Origin: Clostridiales bacterium
GTDB taxonomy: Bacteria > Bacillota > Clostridia > Christensenellales > DTU072
NCBI GenBank assembly: GCA_012799455.1
Contig: JAAZLE010000008.1
Location: 1-58,301 of the forward strand
Length of the DNA: 58,301 nt
Direction: 5' to 3'
Positions within the stretch are counted from its first letter, which is position 1, and every line of letters begins with the position of its first letter. Below, piece by piece: positions 19,177 to 28,295 of this stretch. The position numbers were made by a program, and so were the translations under genes. Under the pieces are notes generated by a model. The model had not been told where the DNA came from. It ran no database searches and saw only the letters and a list, made by a program, of their open reading frames with translations.

Positions 19177-20069
19177 TGAGTTTTTTTAATAAGTTAAAAG
19201 AAGGGCTTAAAAAAACACGCGAAAATATGGGCAGGAAATTTTTTGAAGCATTCAAAGCTAAAGAGCTAGATGGGAATTTTTACGATGAGTTAGAGATGGC
19301 TATGATTTCCTCTGATATGGGAGTTACGGCAACGGAGCAGGTTTTAGAGGAGTTGAAATCGACATTACCGAAGAAAAAAATAACCAAGCCTGCTGAAGCT
19401 AAAGAAGAATTAAAAAGGATTCTCTTGGAAAGCATTGATTATATAATTCCAGAGTATACCATGCCTTTAGTGCTAATGATATCGGGTGTTAATGGCGTCG
19501 GGAAAACAACGGCAGTTGGGAAACTTGCGCACCTGTTTGTGACACAAGGGAAAAGTGTAGTGATAGCGGCTGCCGATACATTTCGTGCCGCGGCAAGCGA
19601 ACAGTTAGAAATATGGGCTAAGAGAGCAGGTGTTAGGATAATATCAAGCATGTCTGGGAGTGATCCGGCAGCTGTCGTGTTTGATACGCTAGCGTCTGCA
19701 AAAGCCCATAATACAGATGTAGTGCTGATTGATACTGCTGGCAGATTGCACAATAAGGTTAACCTTATGCAGGAATTAAAAAAGATTAATAAAGTTGTTG
19801 AGAGGGAAATGCCCGATGCGGATAAGCGAAATTTAATTGTTTTGGACGCGACAACTGGTCAAAATGCAGTAACGCAAGTAGATGTTTTTAATGACGCCAT
19901 TGATATTGATGGTATTATTTTAACAAAGTTAGACGGAACGGCTAAAGGGGGCGTTATTATGGCTATTTCTGCAGATTATGGGTTGCCAGTTTATTATGTG
20001 GGTATAGGAGAACAGATAGACGATTTACTTCCCTTTAATGCAGAAGAGTTTATAAATGCCATAATATAA
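19176..20069 (+). CDS. ftsY: SRP receptor FtsY (no acidic A domain)
   Basis: GVNGVGKTT, DTFRAAA, DTAGRL, DATTGQN, TKLDGTAKGG. Confidence 0.96.
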   Translation: MSFFNKLKEGLKKTRENMGRKFFEAFKAKELDGNFYDELEMAMISSDMGVTATEQVLEELKSTLPKKKITKPAEAKEELKRILLESIDYIIPEYTMPLVLMISGVNGVGKTTAVGKLAHLFVTQGKSVVIAAADTFRAAASEQLEIWAKRAGVRIISSMSGSDPAAVVFDTLASAKAHNTDVVLIDTAGRLHNKVNLMQELKKINKVVEREMPDADKRNLIVLDATTGQNAVTQVDVFNDAIDIDGIILTKLDGTAKGGVIMAISADYGLPVYYVGIGEQIDDLLPFNAEEFINAII

Positions 20070-20152
20070 TACAAATAAAAGGTTATATTCCGGCTATCAA
20101 TTATACGCAAGTTGAATTTTTTGAATTTCTGAAAACTGTTAAGTATTTTTAC

Positions 20153-20181
20153 TTGACGGCTACGTTTTATTAAAGTACTAT
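20153..20181 (+). promoter_or_regulatory. Sigma-A promoter for ylxM-ffh
   Basis: TTGACG-17 nt-TACTAT. Confidence 0.65.
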
Positions 20182-20205
20182 GAAAAAAAATAAGGTAGTG
20201 TCGAG

Positions 20206-20532
20206 ATGTCAAAGGAGTTTAACTTAAAAGTCGCATTGTTAAATGACTACTATGGTAACTTACTGACAAAATATCAGTCAGATATAGTAAAAATGTATTA
20301 TGATCAAGATCTTTCATTAGCTGAAATTTCAAAAATTTGCAATGTCAGCAGACAGGCAATAAAGGATGTATTGCAAAGAGCAGAAAAAAAGCTAGAAGAT
20401 TATGAGGAAAAATTAGGTTTAGTTGCTAGAGTAACCAAGATTAAAGATAAAATTCAAAATTACATTTCGGAAGCCGATGCTGAAACAGCAGCTAAACTAG
20501 ATAAGCTTTTACAAGAGGTTGAAAAAATATAA
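20206..20532 (+). CDS. ylxM: YlxM SRP-associated HTH protein
   Basis: YYGNLLTKYQ, YYDQDLSLAEI, VSRQAI, YEEKLGL; position directly before ffh. Confidence 0.9.
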   Translation: MSKEFNLKVALLNDYYGNLLTKYQSDIVKMYYDQDLSLAEISKICNVSRQAIKDVLQRAEKKLEDYEEKLGLVARVTKIKDKIQNYISEADAETAAKLDKLLQEVEKI

Positions 20533-21839
20533 TGTCATTATTTGAAAATCTTTCACAAAAAATTAATCATGTATTTAGTAAACTACGTAATAAGAGTGGG
20601 CTTACGGAGTTGGAATTAAAAGAAGCTATGAGAGAGGTGAGATTAGCCTTATTAGAAGCTGATGTCAATTATATTGTTGCAAAAGACTTTATAAAAAATG
20701 TGACTGATAAGGCGATAGGTACCGATATATTAAAGGGTTTAGATAGTTCTCAGCAGATAATTAAACTAGTTAATGAAGAATTAATTGAATTAATGGGCAG
20801 TAAACTTTCAAAATTAGCAATTGCAGATCGCCCTCCAACTATATACATGGTTTGCGGATTACAAGGTTCTGGTAAAACCACAATGTGTGGAAAACTAGCT
20901 AAGCTTCTAAGTAAGGATAAAAAAGTTTTGTTGGTGGCGTGCGATATATACAGACCAGCTGCAATCAAGCAACTTCAGGTTGTTGGAGAAAAAGCTAAGG
21001 TAGAAGTATTTGAAATGGGGCAAAGCAATCCAGTGAAGATTGCTTCAGAAGCTGTTCATTATGCAAAAGACAATAGTTTTGACATAGTTATTGTAGACAC
21101 TGCAGGCAGGCTTCACATAGATGAAACGCTGATGGAAGAACTAAAGGCATTAAAGAAAAATATCATCCCTGATGAGATATTACTTGTTGTTGATAGTATG
21201 CTAGGTCAAGATAGCGTTAATGTCGCACAAAAATTTAACGAAGATTTAAATGTAACGGGTATTATTTTAACCAAATTGGATGGAGATACTAGAGGCGGCG
21301 CAGCGCTGTCTATTAAAGAAGTAACTGGTAAGCCAATAAAATATATTGGAGTTGGTGAAAGGATGGAGGACATTGAGCCGTTTCATCCCGATCGAATGGC
21401 ATCAAGAATATTAGGCATGGGTGATGTCTTAACATTGATAGAAAAGGCGCAAGATGCAATATCTGAAGAAGAAGCAAGGAAACTAGCAAAGAAACTAAAG
21501 ACCCAATCTTTTGATTTAGAAGATTATTTAGATCAACTTGAAAGTATAAAAAAAATGGGCGGGATGAGAAGTATGTTAAATATGATTCCGGGAGTTTCAG
21601 GAAAAATTAAAGAGGAAGATCTAGATGAAAAAGCTATGGAAAAAACAAAGGCTATAATCCTGTCTATGACTCCAGCTGAAAGACGAGACCCTGATATTAT
21701 CAAATCTTCAAGAAGAAAAAGAATTGCAAAAGGCAGTGGTACGACAGTCCAGGATGTAAATAAACTATTGAACCAATTTGAACAGATGAAAACATTGATG
21801 AAGAGAATGAAATCTGGAAGATTCAAGTTACCGTTTTAG
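20532..21839 (+). CDS. ffh: Signal recognition particle protein
   Basis: GLQGSGKTT, DIYRPAA, DTAGRL, TKLDGDTRGG, PDRMASRILGMGD, M-domain SRRKRIAKGSG. Confidence 0.97.
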   Translation: MSLFENLSQKINHVFSKLRNKSGLTELELKEAMREVRLALLEADVNYIVAKDFIKNVTDKAIGTDILKGLDSSQQIIKLVNEELIELMGSKLSKLAIADRPPTIYMVCGLQGSGKTTMCGKLAKLLSKDKKVLLVACDIYRPAAIKQLQVVGEKAKVEVFEMGQSNPVKIASEAVHYAKDNSFDIVIVDTAGRLHIDETLMEELKALKKNIIPDEILLVVDSMLGQDSVNVAQKFNEDLNVTGIILTKLDGDTRGGAALSIKEVTGKPIKYIGVGERMEDIEPFHPDRMASRILGMGDVLTLIEKAQDAISEEEARKLAKKLKTQSFDLEDYLDQLESIKKMGGMRSMLNMIPGVSGKIKEEDLDEKAMEKTKAIILSMTPAERRDPDIIKSSRRKRIAKGSGTTVQDVNKLLNQFEQMKTLMKRMKSGRFKLPF

Positions 21840-21914
21840 ACGGTATATATTCGTTAGATACAAAATGACATTTTATCAAATATGTCATAAAAATAAAAAA
21901 TTTGGAGGTATAAA

Positions 21915-22256
21915 ATGGCAGTAAAATTAAGATTAACAAGGATGGGGGCGAAGAAGAAGCCTTTCTATCGTATTGTAGCGATTGATTCAGCAAAATCGAG
22001 AGATGGACAATACATCGAACAAATTGGAATTTATGATCCAGTTGCGACTCCTTCAATTGTTAAAATTGACAAAGAAAAGGCTCAAAAATGGTTAAATACT
22101 GGCGCGCAGCCTACAGAAACAGTGCGTTCGCTATTTGTTAAAGAAGGTATTATTAAGCGTCCCGAGAAAAACTATAAAGCTAAAGATTCATCGAAAGCCG
22201 AGCTAAAAGATGATGCTGTTGAAGCAGCTGTTGAAGTTCAAAGTGAAAAGGAGTAA
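21915..22256 (+). CDS. rpsP: 30S ribosomal protein S16 with C-terminal extension
   Basis: [29 protein letters not shown]; extra ~30-aa charged tail. Confidence 0.96.
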   Translation: MAVKLRLTRMGAKKKPFYRIVAIDSAKSRDGQYIEQIGIYDPVATPSIVKIDKEKAQKWLNTGAQPTETVRSLFVKEGIIKRPEKNYKAKDSSKAELKDDAVEAAVEVQSEKE

Positions 22257-22259
22257 AAA

Positions 22260-22490
22260 ATGAGAGAACTGGTAGATTACTTAGTTAGTCAAATCATTAT
22301 CAAAGAATCCTATGATATCATTGAGGCCGAAGATGGATCAACGGTTGAAATTAGAGTTATGGTTGATGCTGACAAAATGGGGCGCATTATTGGCAAGTCT
22401 GGAAGGCTCGCAAAGGCTATAAGAACAATTGTTAAAGCTGCAGTTCAAGATTCGGATAAAAGTTACGATATTATAATAACGGAAAGATGA
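22260..22490 (+). CDS. khpA: KH-domain RNA-binding protein KhpA (YlqC)
   Basis: MGRIIGKSGRLAKAIRTIV (GxxG loop); synteny rpsP-khpA-rimM. Confidence 0.88.
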   Translation: MRELVDYLVSQIIIKESYDIIEAEDGSTVEIRVMVDADKMGRIIGKSGRLAKAIRTIVKAAVQDSDKSYDIIITER

Positions 22491-22987
22491 AAAACTATAT
22501 ACACGTAGGCCAAGTTGTACGTGCACATGGAATAAAAGGTGAAATTAAAGTAGTTGCGTTTACGGACTCATTGGAAGATTTTATTAATCTTAAAAAATGT
22601 TTGATAAATGAAACTGCATACATAATTGAGAGTAGTCGCACAGGAAATAATTTCATAATACTCAAACTCACGGGAGTGGATAGTAGGAATCAAGCTGAGA
22701 TTATTAGTGGAGACATATATGCTGAAAAGTCAGACCTTCTCCTCCCCGAAGGAAGATATTTCATTAGTGATATATTGGGGTATGTTGTTCGAACAAACGA
22801 ACAATATCTTGGAGTTTTAGATGATGTGTATTCATTTCGAAGCGTTGATACTTTTTTTGTAAAGGGCGAATATAAAAATTTTAGTTTTCCAGCATTGAAA
22901 ATAGTAATTTTGGATATAAATCTGAAAAACAAAACCATCTTACTTGATAAAAATGAACTAGAAAAGGTCATAGTGTACGAAAAATAG
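22487..22987 (+). CDS. rimM: 16S rRNA processing protein RimM
   Basis: VGQVVRAHGIKGEIKV, GRYFISDILG, PRC-barrel C-terminus; ATGA overlap with khpA. Confidence 0.92.
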   Translation: MKNYIHVGQVVRAHGIKGEIKVVAFTDSLEDFINLKKCLINETAYIIESSRTGNNFIILKLTGVDSRNQAEIISGDIYAEKSDLLLPEGRYFISDILGYVVRTNEQYLGVLDDVYSFRSVDTFFVKGEYKNFSFPALKIVILDINLKNKTILLDKNELEKVIVYEK

Positions 22988-23034
22988 TAGTTATAATATG
23001 CTTTTTGTGATGAATATTGTAGATGGAGAAGATT

Positions 23035-23706
23035 ATGCAAATTGATGTATTAACTCTATTCCCTAATATTTATAATGCATTAAACGAAAGTATTGTCGGA
23101 AAGGCCCTTGACAAAGGGCTTTTCACGGTAAGAGTGCATAATATTAGGGATTTTTCAAAAGATAAGCACAAAAAATGTGATGATGAACCTTTTGGTGGCG
23201 GGGCAGGAATGGTTATGACTCCGCAACCTATTCACGATGCAATTATGGCGGTGGATGAAAATCATGAAAGTTTTCGCATTTACTTGTCTCCAAAAGGTCA
23301 AAAGTTAGATCAAAAATTAGTAAAAAAATTAAGTAAGAAAAATAAACTTTTGCTGCTAAATGGCGCTTTTGAAGGAGTAGACGAAAGAATAATTGAGCTT
23401 GACATAGATATGGAATTGTCGATAGGTGACTATATTATTACATCTGGCGACTTTGCTTCACTTGTGTTAATTAATTCTATATCTAGACTTGTCGATGGTG
23501 TATTGGGATCTCCTCTATCAGTTGAGGAAGAAAGTTTCAGTTCGAATTTATTAGAATACCCTCAGTATACAAGACCACAAAATTTTAATGGATTAGAAGT
23601 TCCCTCCATTTTGCTTAGTGGTAATCATTATGAAATTGCAAAGTGGAGAAAGAACATGTCTCAAGAGATAACAAAAAAGAGACGACCTGATTTGTTGGAG
23701 GATTGA
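23035..23706 (+). CDS. trmD: tRNA (guanine37-N1)-methyltransferase
   Basis: LTLFP, DDEPFGGGAGMVM, YLSPKG, EGVDER, SIGDY, ESF, LLEYPQYTRP, LLSGNH; start ATG 23035 with SD GGAG. Confidence 0.93.
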   Translation: MQIDVLTLFPNIYNALNESIVGKALDKGLFTVRVHNIRDFSKDKHKKCDDEPFGGGAGMVMTPQPIHDAIMAVDENHESFRIYLSPKGQKLDQKLVKKLSKKNKLLLLNGAFEGVDERIIELDIDMELSIGDYIITSGDFASLVLINSISRLVDGVLGSPLSVEEESFSSNLLEYPQYTRPQNFNGLEVPSILLSGNHYEIAKWRKNMSQEITKKRRPDLLED

Positions 23707-24540
23707 TTGTTTATACACTGGTTTCCTGGTCATATGAAAAAAGCGTTGGTAGAATTGGAAAACAATTTATCAATGATAGATAGTGTTGTTTATATGCTGG
23801 ATGCAAGATCTCCTTTAGCTTGTATCAACGAGTCGTTTGAAAAACTTATAGAAAACAAGCCGGTTTTATATGTGATAAATAAGTCTGATTTGATACCAGA
23901 AAAAGAAGTTTTGTATTGGGAGCGGTTTTTTCACGATTTAGGTAAGCGCTGTATAGCCATAAATAGCTTAGATAGCAAAAGTATTAATGTTGTAGTTGAA
24001 AACTTAAGATTTCTAAATAGCGGAGTAATTAATAAGTACAGAAGCAAAGGTATAAAAAGGGCTCCTAGGATTATGGTTTTAGGTGTACCTAACTGCGGAA
24101 AGTCTACGTTAATAAACACACTAGTCGGACGAAAAAAAGCAGATGTTGCAAACACCCCAGGAGTTACTAGAAATATCAATTGGACAAGAATTCCCCGTCT
24201 AGGTTTTGATCTTTTAGATTCCCCAGGCGTTCTATACCCAGACTTCGCAGACCAAGAAAAAGCATATCATTTAGCAGCGATTGGTAGTGTTAAAGATGCC
24301 AGGTTTGATTCAATAGAGTTAGCAAAATGGCTATACGATATATTGCTCAAAAAAATACCAGATGTTATCTGTGATCGTTATAAGATTGAATATCAGGAAT
24401 CTCCGATATTAGGTTTGGAACATATTGCCAAATCTAGAGGTTATTTTAGTGACAAGCAAAAACTTGACATTGAAAGAGCTGCGCTAACTTTTATTAATGA
24501 TTTTAGGAGCGGAGCGTTAGGGAAGGTGTCTCTGTTGTGA
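23707..24540 (+). CDS. rbgA: Ribosome biogenesis GTPase RbgA (YlqF)
   Basis: HWFPGHM, LDARSP, NKSD (G4), GVPNCGKS (G1), PGVT, DSPG (G3): circularly permuted GTPase; TTG start directly after the trmD stop. Confidence 0.92.
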   Translation: MFIHWFPGHMKKALVELENNLSMIDSVVYMLDARSPLACINESFEKLIENKPVLYVINKSDLIPEKEVLYWERFFHDLGKRCIAINSLDSKSINVVVENLRFLNSGVINKYRSKGIKRAPRIMVLGVPNCGKSTLINTLVGRKKADVANTPGVTRNINWTRIPRLGFDLLDSPGVLYPDFADQEKAYHLAAIGSVKDARFDSIELAKWLYDILLKKIPDVICDRYKIEYQESPILGLEHIAKSRGYFSDKQKLDIERAALTFINDFRSGALGKVSLL

Positions 24541-24647
24541 TTGCATAAATATAGTTTTTTAAAATAATTTGAATCATAACTTTTAAAATCTAATTTAGTA
24601 TTGTTCGCGTTGTAGTTATAATTTCTTATTTTGAGGTCCTTATTAAA

Positions 24648-25250
24648 ATGAATATCTTATTAGAAAACGAAAATAAATATATTTCACAAAACCGAATTAA
24701 GCTTGTCTGTGGTGTTGATGAGGCGGGAAGAGGTCCTTTAGCAGGACCTGTTGCGGCGTGCGCTTGTATTCCAGGAGGCTTGCTCATTGAGGAAATAAAT
24801 GACAGTAAAAAAATATCCGAGAAGAAAAGGGAAATTCTCTACAATCAACTGATTGAAGGTGTCGTATGTTACAAGACGATTTTTGTTAGTCCTGCTGAAA
24901 TAGATTCTACAAATATACTACTTGCTACGAAAAGAGCGATGCAAGAGGCTGTTAGTCATTTATTTCCTATACCGGATAGAGTGCTAATAGATGCTGTTCA
25001 GTTAGATTTATCACTTCCTTCTGAATCTGTAATTAAAGGGGATGCGACTTTTTATTCTATAGCATGCGCGTCTATAATTGCAAAAGTAGAACGTGATAAA
25101 CTCATGTATAAGTATGCAGAATTGTATCCCGAATATGGGTTTGATAGCCATAAAGGATACGGCACAAAACATCATATTGAAATGATTAAAAAATATGGAC
25201 CCTGTGAGATACATAGAAAATCATTTATAACAGGTCTTTTGCATAGATAA
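24648..25250 (+). CDS. rnhB: Ribonuclease HII
   Basis: GVDEAGRGPLAGPV, DSKK, LIDA, KGDA...SIACASIIAKVERD, HKGYGT, HRKSF. Confidence 0.95.
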   Translation: MNILLENENKYISQNRIKLVCGVDEAGRGPLAGPVAACACIPGGLLIEEINDSKKISEKKREILYNQLIEGVVCYKTIFVSPAEIDSTNILLATKRAMQEAVSHLFPIPDRVLIDAVQLDLSLPSESVIKGDATFYSIACASIIAKVERDKLMYKYAELYPEYGFDSHKGYGTKHHIEMIKKYGPCEIHRKSFITGLLHR

Positions 25251-25372
25251 CAAGGTCACGAGAACTAATATAAAAATATTGCTTTTCCTTAAAATTTTAA
25301 CTAGCATTCATTAATAGGATTTTATCTTTGTTTTTTTCTTATATATTATATTAAGAGAAACGTATATTTTGC

Positions 25373-25401
25373 TTGATATTAAAAAACCAATTTGATACTA
25401 T
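25373..25401 (+). promoter_or_regulatory. Sigma-A promoter for rplS
   Basis: TTGATA-17 nt-TACTAT. Confidence 0.6.
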
Positions 25402-25409
25402 ATATTAAG

Positions 25410-25460
25410 TTTTGATGGACCTATACGAGAAAAGACCAAGGCTCGCAAGTACATTAATAA
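25410..25460 (+). ncRNA. Possible L19 ribosomal-protein leader RNA
   Basis: Short 5' UTR between promoter and SD with outer GATG...CATT pairing, an internal loop and inner CGAG...CTCG stem. L19 leaders are known in Bacillota; the match here is by eye only. Confidence 0.3.
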
Positions 25461-25474
25461 AAAGGAGAATAAAC

Positions 25475-25822
25475 ATGAATATTTTAGACATTATTGAAAA
25501 AGAAGGACTCAGAAAAGACATTCCCGAATTTGGAGTTGGCGATACCGTAAAGGTTATGGTAAAAGTTAAAGAAGGGACAAGAGAAAGATTACAAGCATTT
25601 GAGGGAACCGTTATTGCAAAGAAAAATGGTAGTATAAGAGAAACTTTCACAGTTCGTAGGATTTCTCAGGGCATTGGGGTTGAAAGAACATTTCCGTTAC
25701 ATAGCCCTAGAATAGAAAGTATTACTGTAACTAGAGAAGGTAAAGTTAGAAGAGCAAAACTATATTATCTACGTTCCAGGACAGGTAAGGCAGCGAGGGT
25801 TAAGGCAAAGGATCGTTTCTAA
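25475..25822 (+). CDS. rplS: 50S ribosomal protein L19
   Basis: [37 protein letters not shown]; start ATG 25475 with SD AAGGAG. Confidence 0.97.
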   Translation: MNILDIIEKEGLRKDIPEFGVGDTVKVMVKVKEGTRERLQAFEGTVIAKKNGSIRETFTVRRISQGIGVERTFPLHSPRIESITVTREGKVRRAKLYYLRSRTGKAARVKAKDRF

Positions 25823-25880
25823 CTAACGCGCTAGATTTAGAAAATCGGCTATAAATTTTTATGTGGAAATAGGTAAAGTA

Positions 25881-28235
25881 ATGGAAAACAAAAAAATATT
25901 AATATTTTTGCTAGTAATGGCCTGCATTATTTCTTTAGTTTTTGTAGGCTGTTCTGCTAAAGCTGAGTCTAAATTTAATAAAGAAATACTTACTGGCGTA
26001 GAGGACAGTGTTGAAAACTTCAAGTATAACTCATTAGAAGATTTTTCTAAAGCATGGGATATGGAGTACCCAACTTCGCAGCCTTTTAGTGTGTCTTCAA
26101 CTGGTGGGTTAAATATAGATACAACAGATAATGGTTTTGCAAGATTGACGAGAAAAGTTTTCTTGAAACCTTATTCGTATTATAAAATTGAATATGACTT
26201 TAATATTAACGAAATAGGTTTGTTCAATGATGAAAGCGATTTTTATCAGGGATTATATGTAGGATTCAAAGAGGATACATCTTTTAATGTTGTTGGAGAT
26301 AAAGTAGCTAGAGAAAGGGATGTATCTAGTGATAAGACTAGGGTGTTCTATTTTAAGACGTCTGGGAGCAGTGAGTATAATGTTTCAATAAATTTTAGTA
26401 ATGAACAAGCTCCTGCAAAAATAAAAGGAAAAGTTTCTCGCATAAGTTTAGTGCGAGTAACTAAGGACATAGCCTTTGAGGGAGCTAAAGAAATCGGTTT
26501 AGATGTTTTACAACTCAAAGCAACTGTATTTGGAATGTCAAAAACTTCGAATTTACCTTATGTAATTTTAGGAGCTGTTGCTACTATTCTTTTAGCATAT
26601 TTTGCGTTTATTATGCAATCAAGGAATATGGCTTTTATAGATGTAGAGAAGACAAATAATAGATTTTACAATAAGATTAAGGAAAGTAAGTATTTAGGAC
26701 TATTAATTGTTCTATTCCTAGGTGCTGTAGTAAGGTTGGCTGTAATGTTGACGCAAACCATTATCGCTGGCGGAGAAAACATTTCCAAGGTTTTCTTCGG
26801 CTATAACTTAGAAAATTTATCGGCTCAAGGGACGTGGCTTGCTAAACATGGCACCCCGTACTTTTATCAGTTCAATGAAAAGTCTATATTTTTACCGATT
26901 CCTTTATATTTGTCGGCGTTAGCTGGTCTTATTGGTCAAGGTTTATATGGGATTAAAGGGGTTGATGCGAACACAGTTGCATTAGCTGTGGTATCAATTA
27001 ATAAGCTATTTGCAATTTTTGCTGATCTAGGGGCTGTTATAATAGTATTTAAAGCAATTGAGAAAAATCAAGGAAAAGCAACTGCAACAATCATGGCAGG
27101 TGCATATTCATTACTGCCTATCATTTTTTCAATGTCATCAGCTTGGGGGGCGGTGGAAAGCATCGCAAGTTTTCTTATTATTGCAACTTTTTATTGCATA
27201 TTAGATAAGAAATATATAGGAATGAGCGTATCATTTTTCTTTGCAGCTATAACATCTACATTAAGCTTACTGTTTATTCCAGCAGTGTTGTTGTATACCA
27301 TGTTCCTAACAGTAGATGCTTTTAAAGAGAAGAAATATAAACAACTTGCTATTATATCAATTACGATGTTATCCTCGTTTGTATTGTTTTATTTAATCAC
27401 ACTACCATTAAACTTTATTGATATTCAAAATGGAAAGGCATTTATAGCATTTGATAGGTTTGTCTCATTAGTCGCCGATAAAAATGTATACACCCAAAAT
27501 GCATTTAATTTTCAGGCTTTATTAAAGAATAATTTCGTAGATATAACACTACAATCAAAAGTTGTGGACATTATTTTTATAGTATTTATACTGTTAGTTT
27601 TATCTGCTGTTTATTTAAAATCTAGGAATAGACTTGCTTTAAGTTTCATTGGTGTAGGTGCTGCAATTTTAATATGGACATTTTCTGTAAAAATGAAGCC
27701 TGAAGCACTATATATGGTTCTTGGAGTTTTCTTCATCGTTGCGGTGTGTTTGAAAGACATCAGAGTGTATATAGCCTTTGTTTTATATTCAGCATTTAGC
27801 TATATCAATAATGCTTACGTATACTTAATGGTAGGTTATACAGAGGATGGTGTAAGTGCTATTACATATGATAATAATGCTATTCTTTATGTATTTGGGG
27901 CAATATCATTAGTCTTAGCCATTTACCTTATAATTGTTGGTTATGATGTACTGGTAAATAAAAAGTCAGTACCACACAAAGCAATGACCGAAGTTTATGT
28001 CGATTATGTTAAAAGAACTACAAAAAACGTCCTAATTTCTGTTTCGAATGGGTTTACAATATTTAGTGCGTGGGTTAAAGAATTTGGACGTGCTGCAAAA
28101 GAAGATATGCAAGAAAGAAGAGAAATTAGAAAGATAAAAGTTCAAAAGAGGAGATTAACACGAGAAAGTTTAGAAGAAACAGTAGATGTCACAAGCGAAC
28201 AAAGTTCGGAAGATGTTGATGAAAAGATTGAATAA
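25881..28235 (+). CDS. Large membrane protein: lipoprotein signal, beta-rich extracellular domain, multi-TM GT-C-like domain, charged cytoplasmic tail
   Basis: MENKKILIFLLVMACIISLVFVG-C lipobox; ~200-aa soluble beta-rich domain; about 12-13 hydrophobic segments with INKLFAIFADL, SAWGAVES and NAFNFQALL resembling GT-C glycosyltransferase motifs; ATG 25881 with SD AGGT. Confidence 0.6.
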   Translation: MENKKILIFLLVMACIISLVFVGCSAKAESKFNKEILTGVEDSVENFKYNSLEDFSKAWDMEYPTSQPFSVSSTGGLNIDTTDNGFARLTRKVFLKPYSYYKIEYDFNINEIGLFNDESDFYQGLYVGFKEDTSFNVVGDKVARERDVSSDKTRVFYFKTSGSSEYNVSINFSNEQAPAKIKGKVSRISLVRVTKDIAFEGAKEIGLDVLQLKATVFGMSKTSNLPYVILGAVATILLAYFAFIMQSRNMAFIDVEKTNNRFYNKIKESKYLGLLIVLFLGAVVRLAVMLTQTIIAGGENISKVFFGYNLENLSAQGTWLAKHGTPYFYQFNEKSIFLPIPLYLSALAGLIGQGLYGIKGVDANTVALAVVSINKLFAIFADLGAVIIVFKAIEKNQGKATATIMAGAYSLLPIIFSMSSAWGAVESIASFLIIATFYCILDKKYIGMSVSFFFAAITSTLSLLFIPAVLLYTMFLTVDAFKEKKYKQLAIISITMLSSFVLFYLITLPLNFIDIQNGKAFIAFDRFVSLVADKNVYTQNAFNFQALLKNNFVDITLQSKVVDIIFIVFILLVLSAVYLKSRNRLALSFIGVGAAILIWTFSVKMKPEALYMVLGVFFIVAVCLKDIRVYIAFVLYSAFSYINNAYVYLMVGYTEDGVSAITYDNNAILYVFGAISLVLAIYLIIVGYDVLVNKKSVPHKAMTEVYVDYVKRTTKNVLISVSNGFTIFSAWVKEFGRAAKEDMQERREIRKIKVQKRRLTRESLEETVDVTSEQSSEDVDEKIE

Positions 28236-28246
28236 TTATATGATGA

Positions 28247-28269
28247 AGAGCCCTGCGTGTATGGGCTCT
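28247..28269. terminator. GC-rich hairpin between the membrane-protein gene and topA (no T-tail)
   Basis: AGAGCCC-9 nt-GGGCTCT, extendable outward (TATGA...TCATA). Confidence 0.4.
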
Positions 28270-28295
28270 ACTCATAATAACCAAGTGGAGAGATA

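Noticed and set aside
21865-21888. ATGACAT-N10-ATGTCAT before rpsP and TGACA-N3-TGTCA (32491-32503) between hslV and hslU
   Set aside because: Short arms with different spacers; not enough to claim a shared operator in AT-rich DNA.
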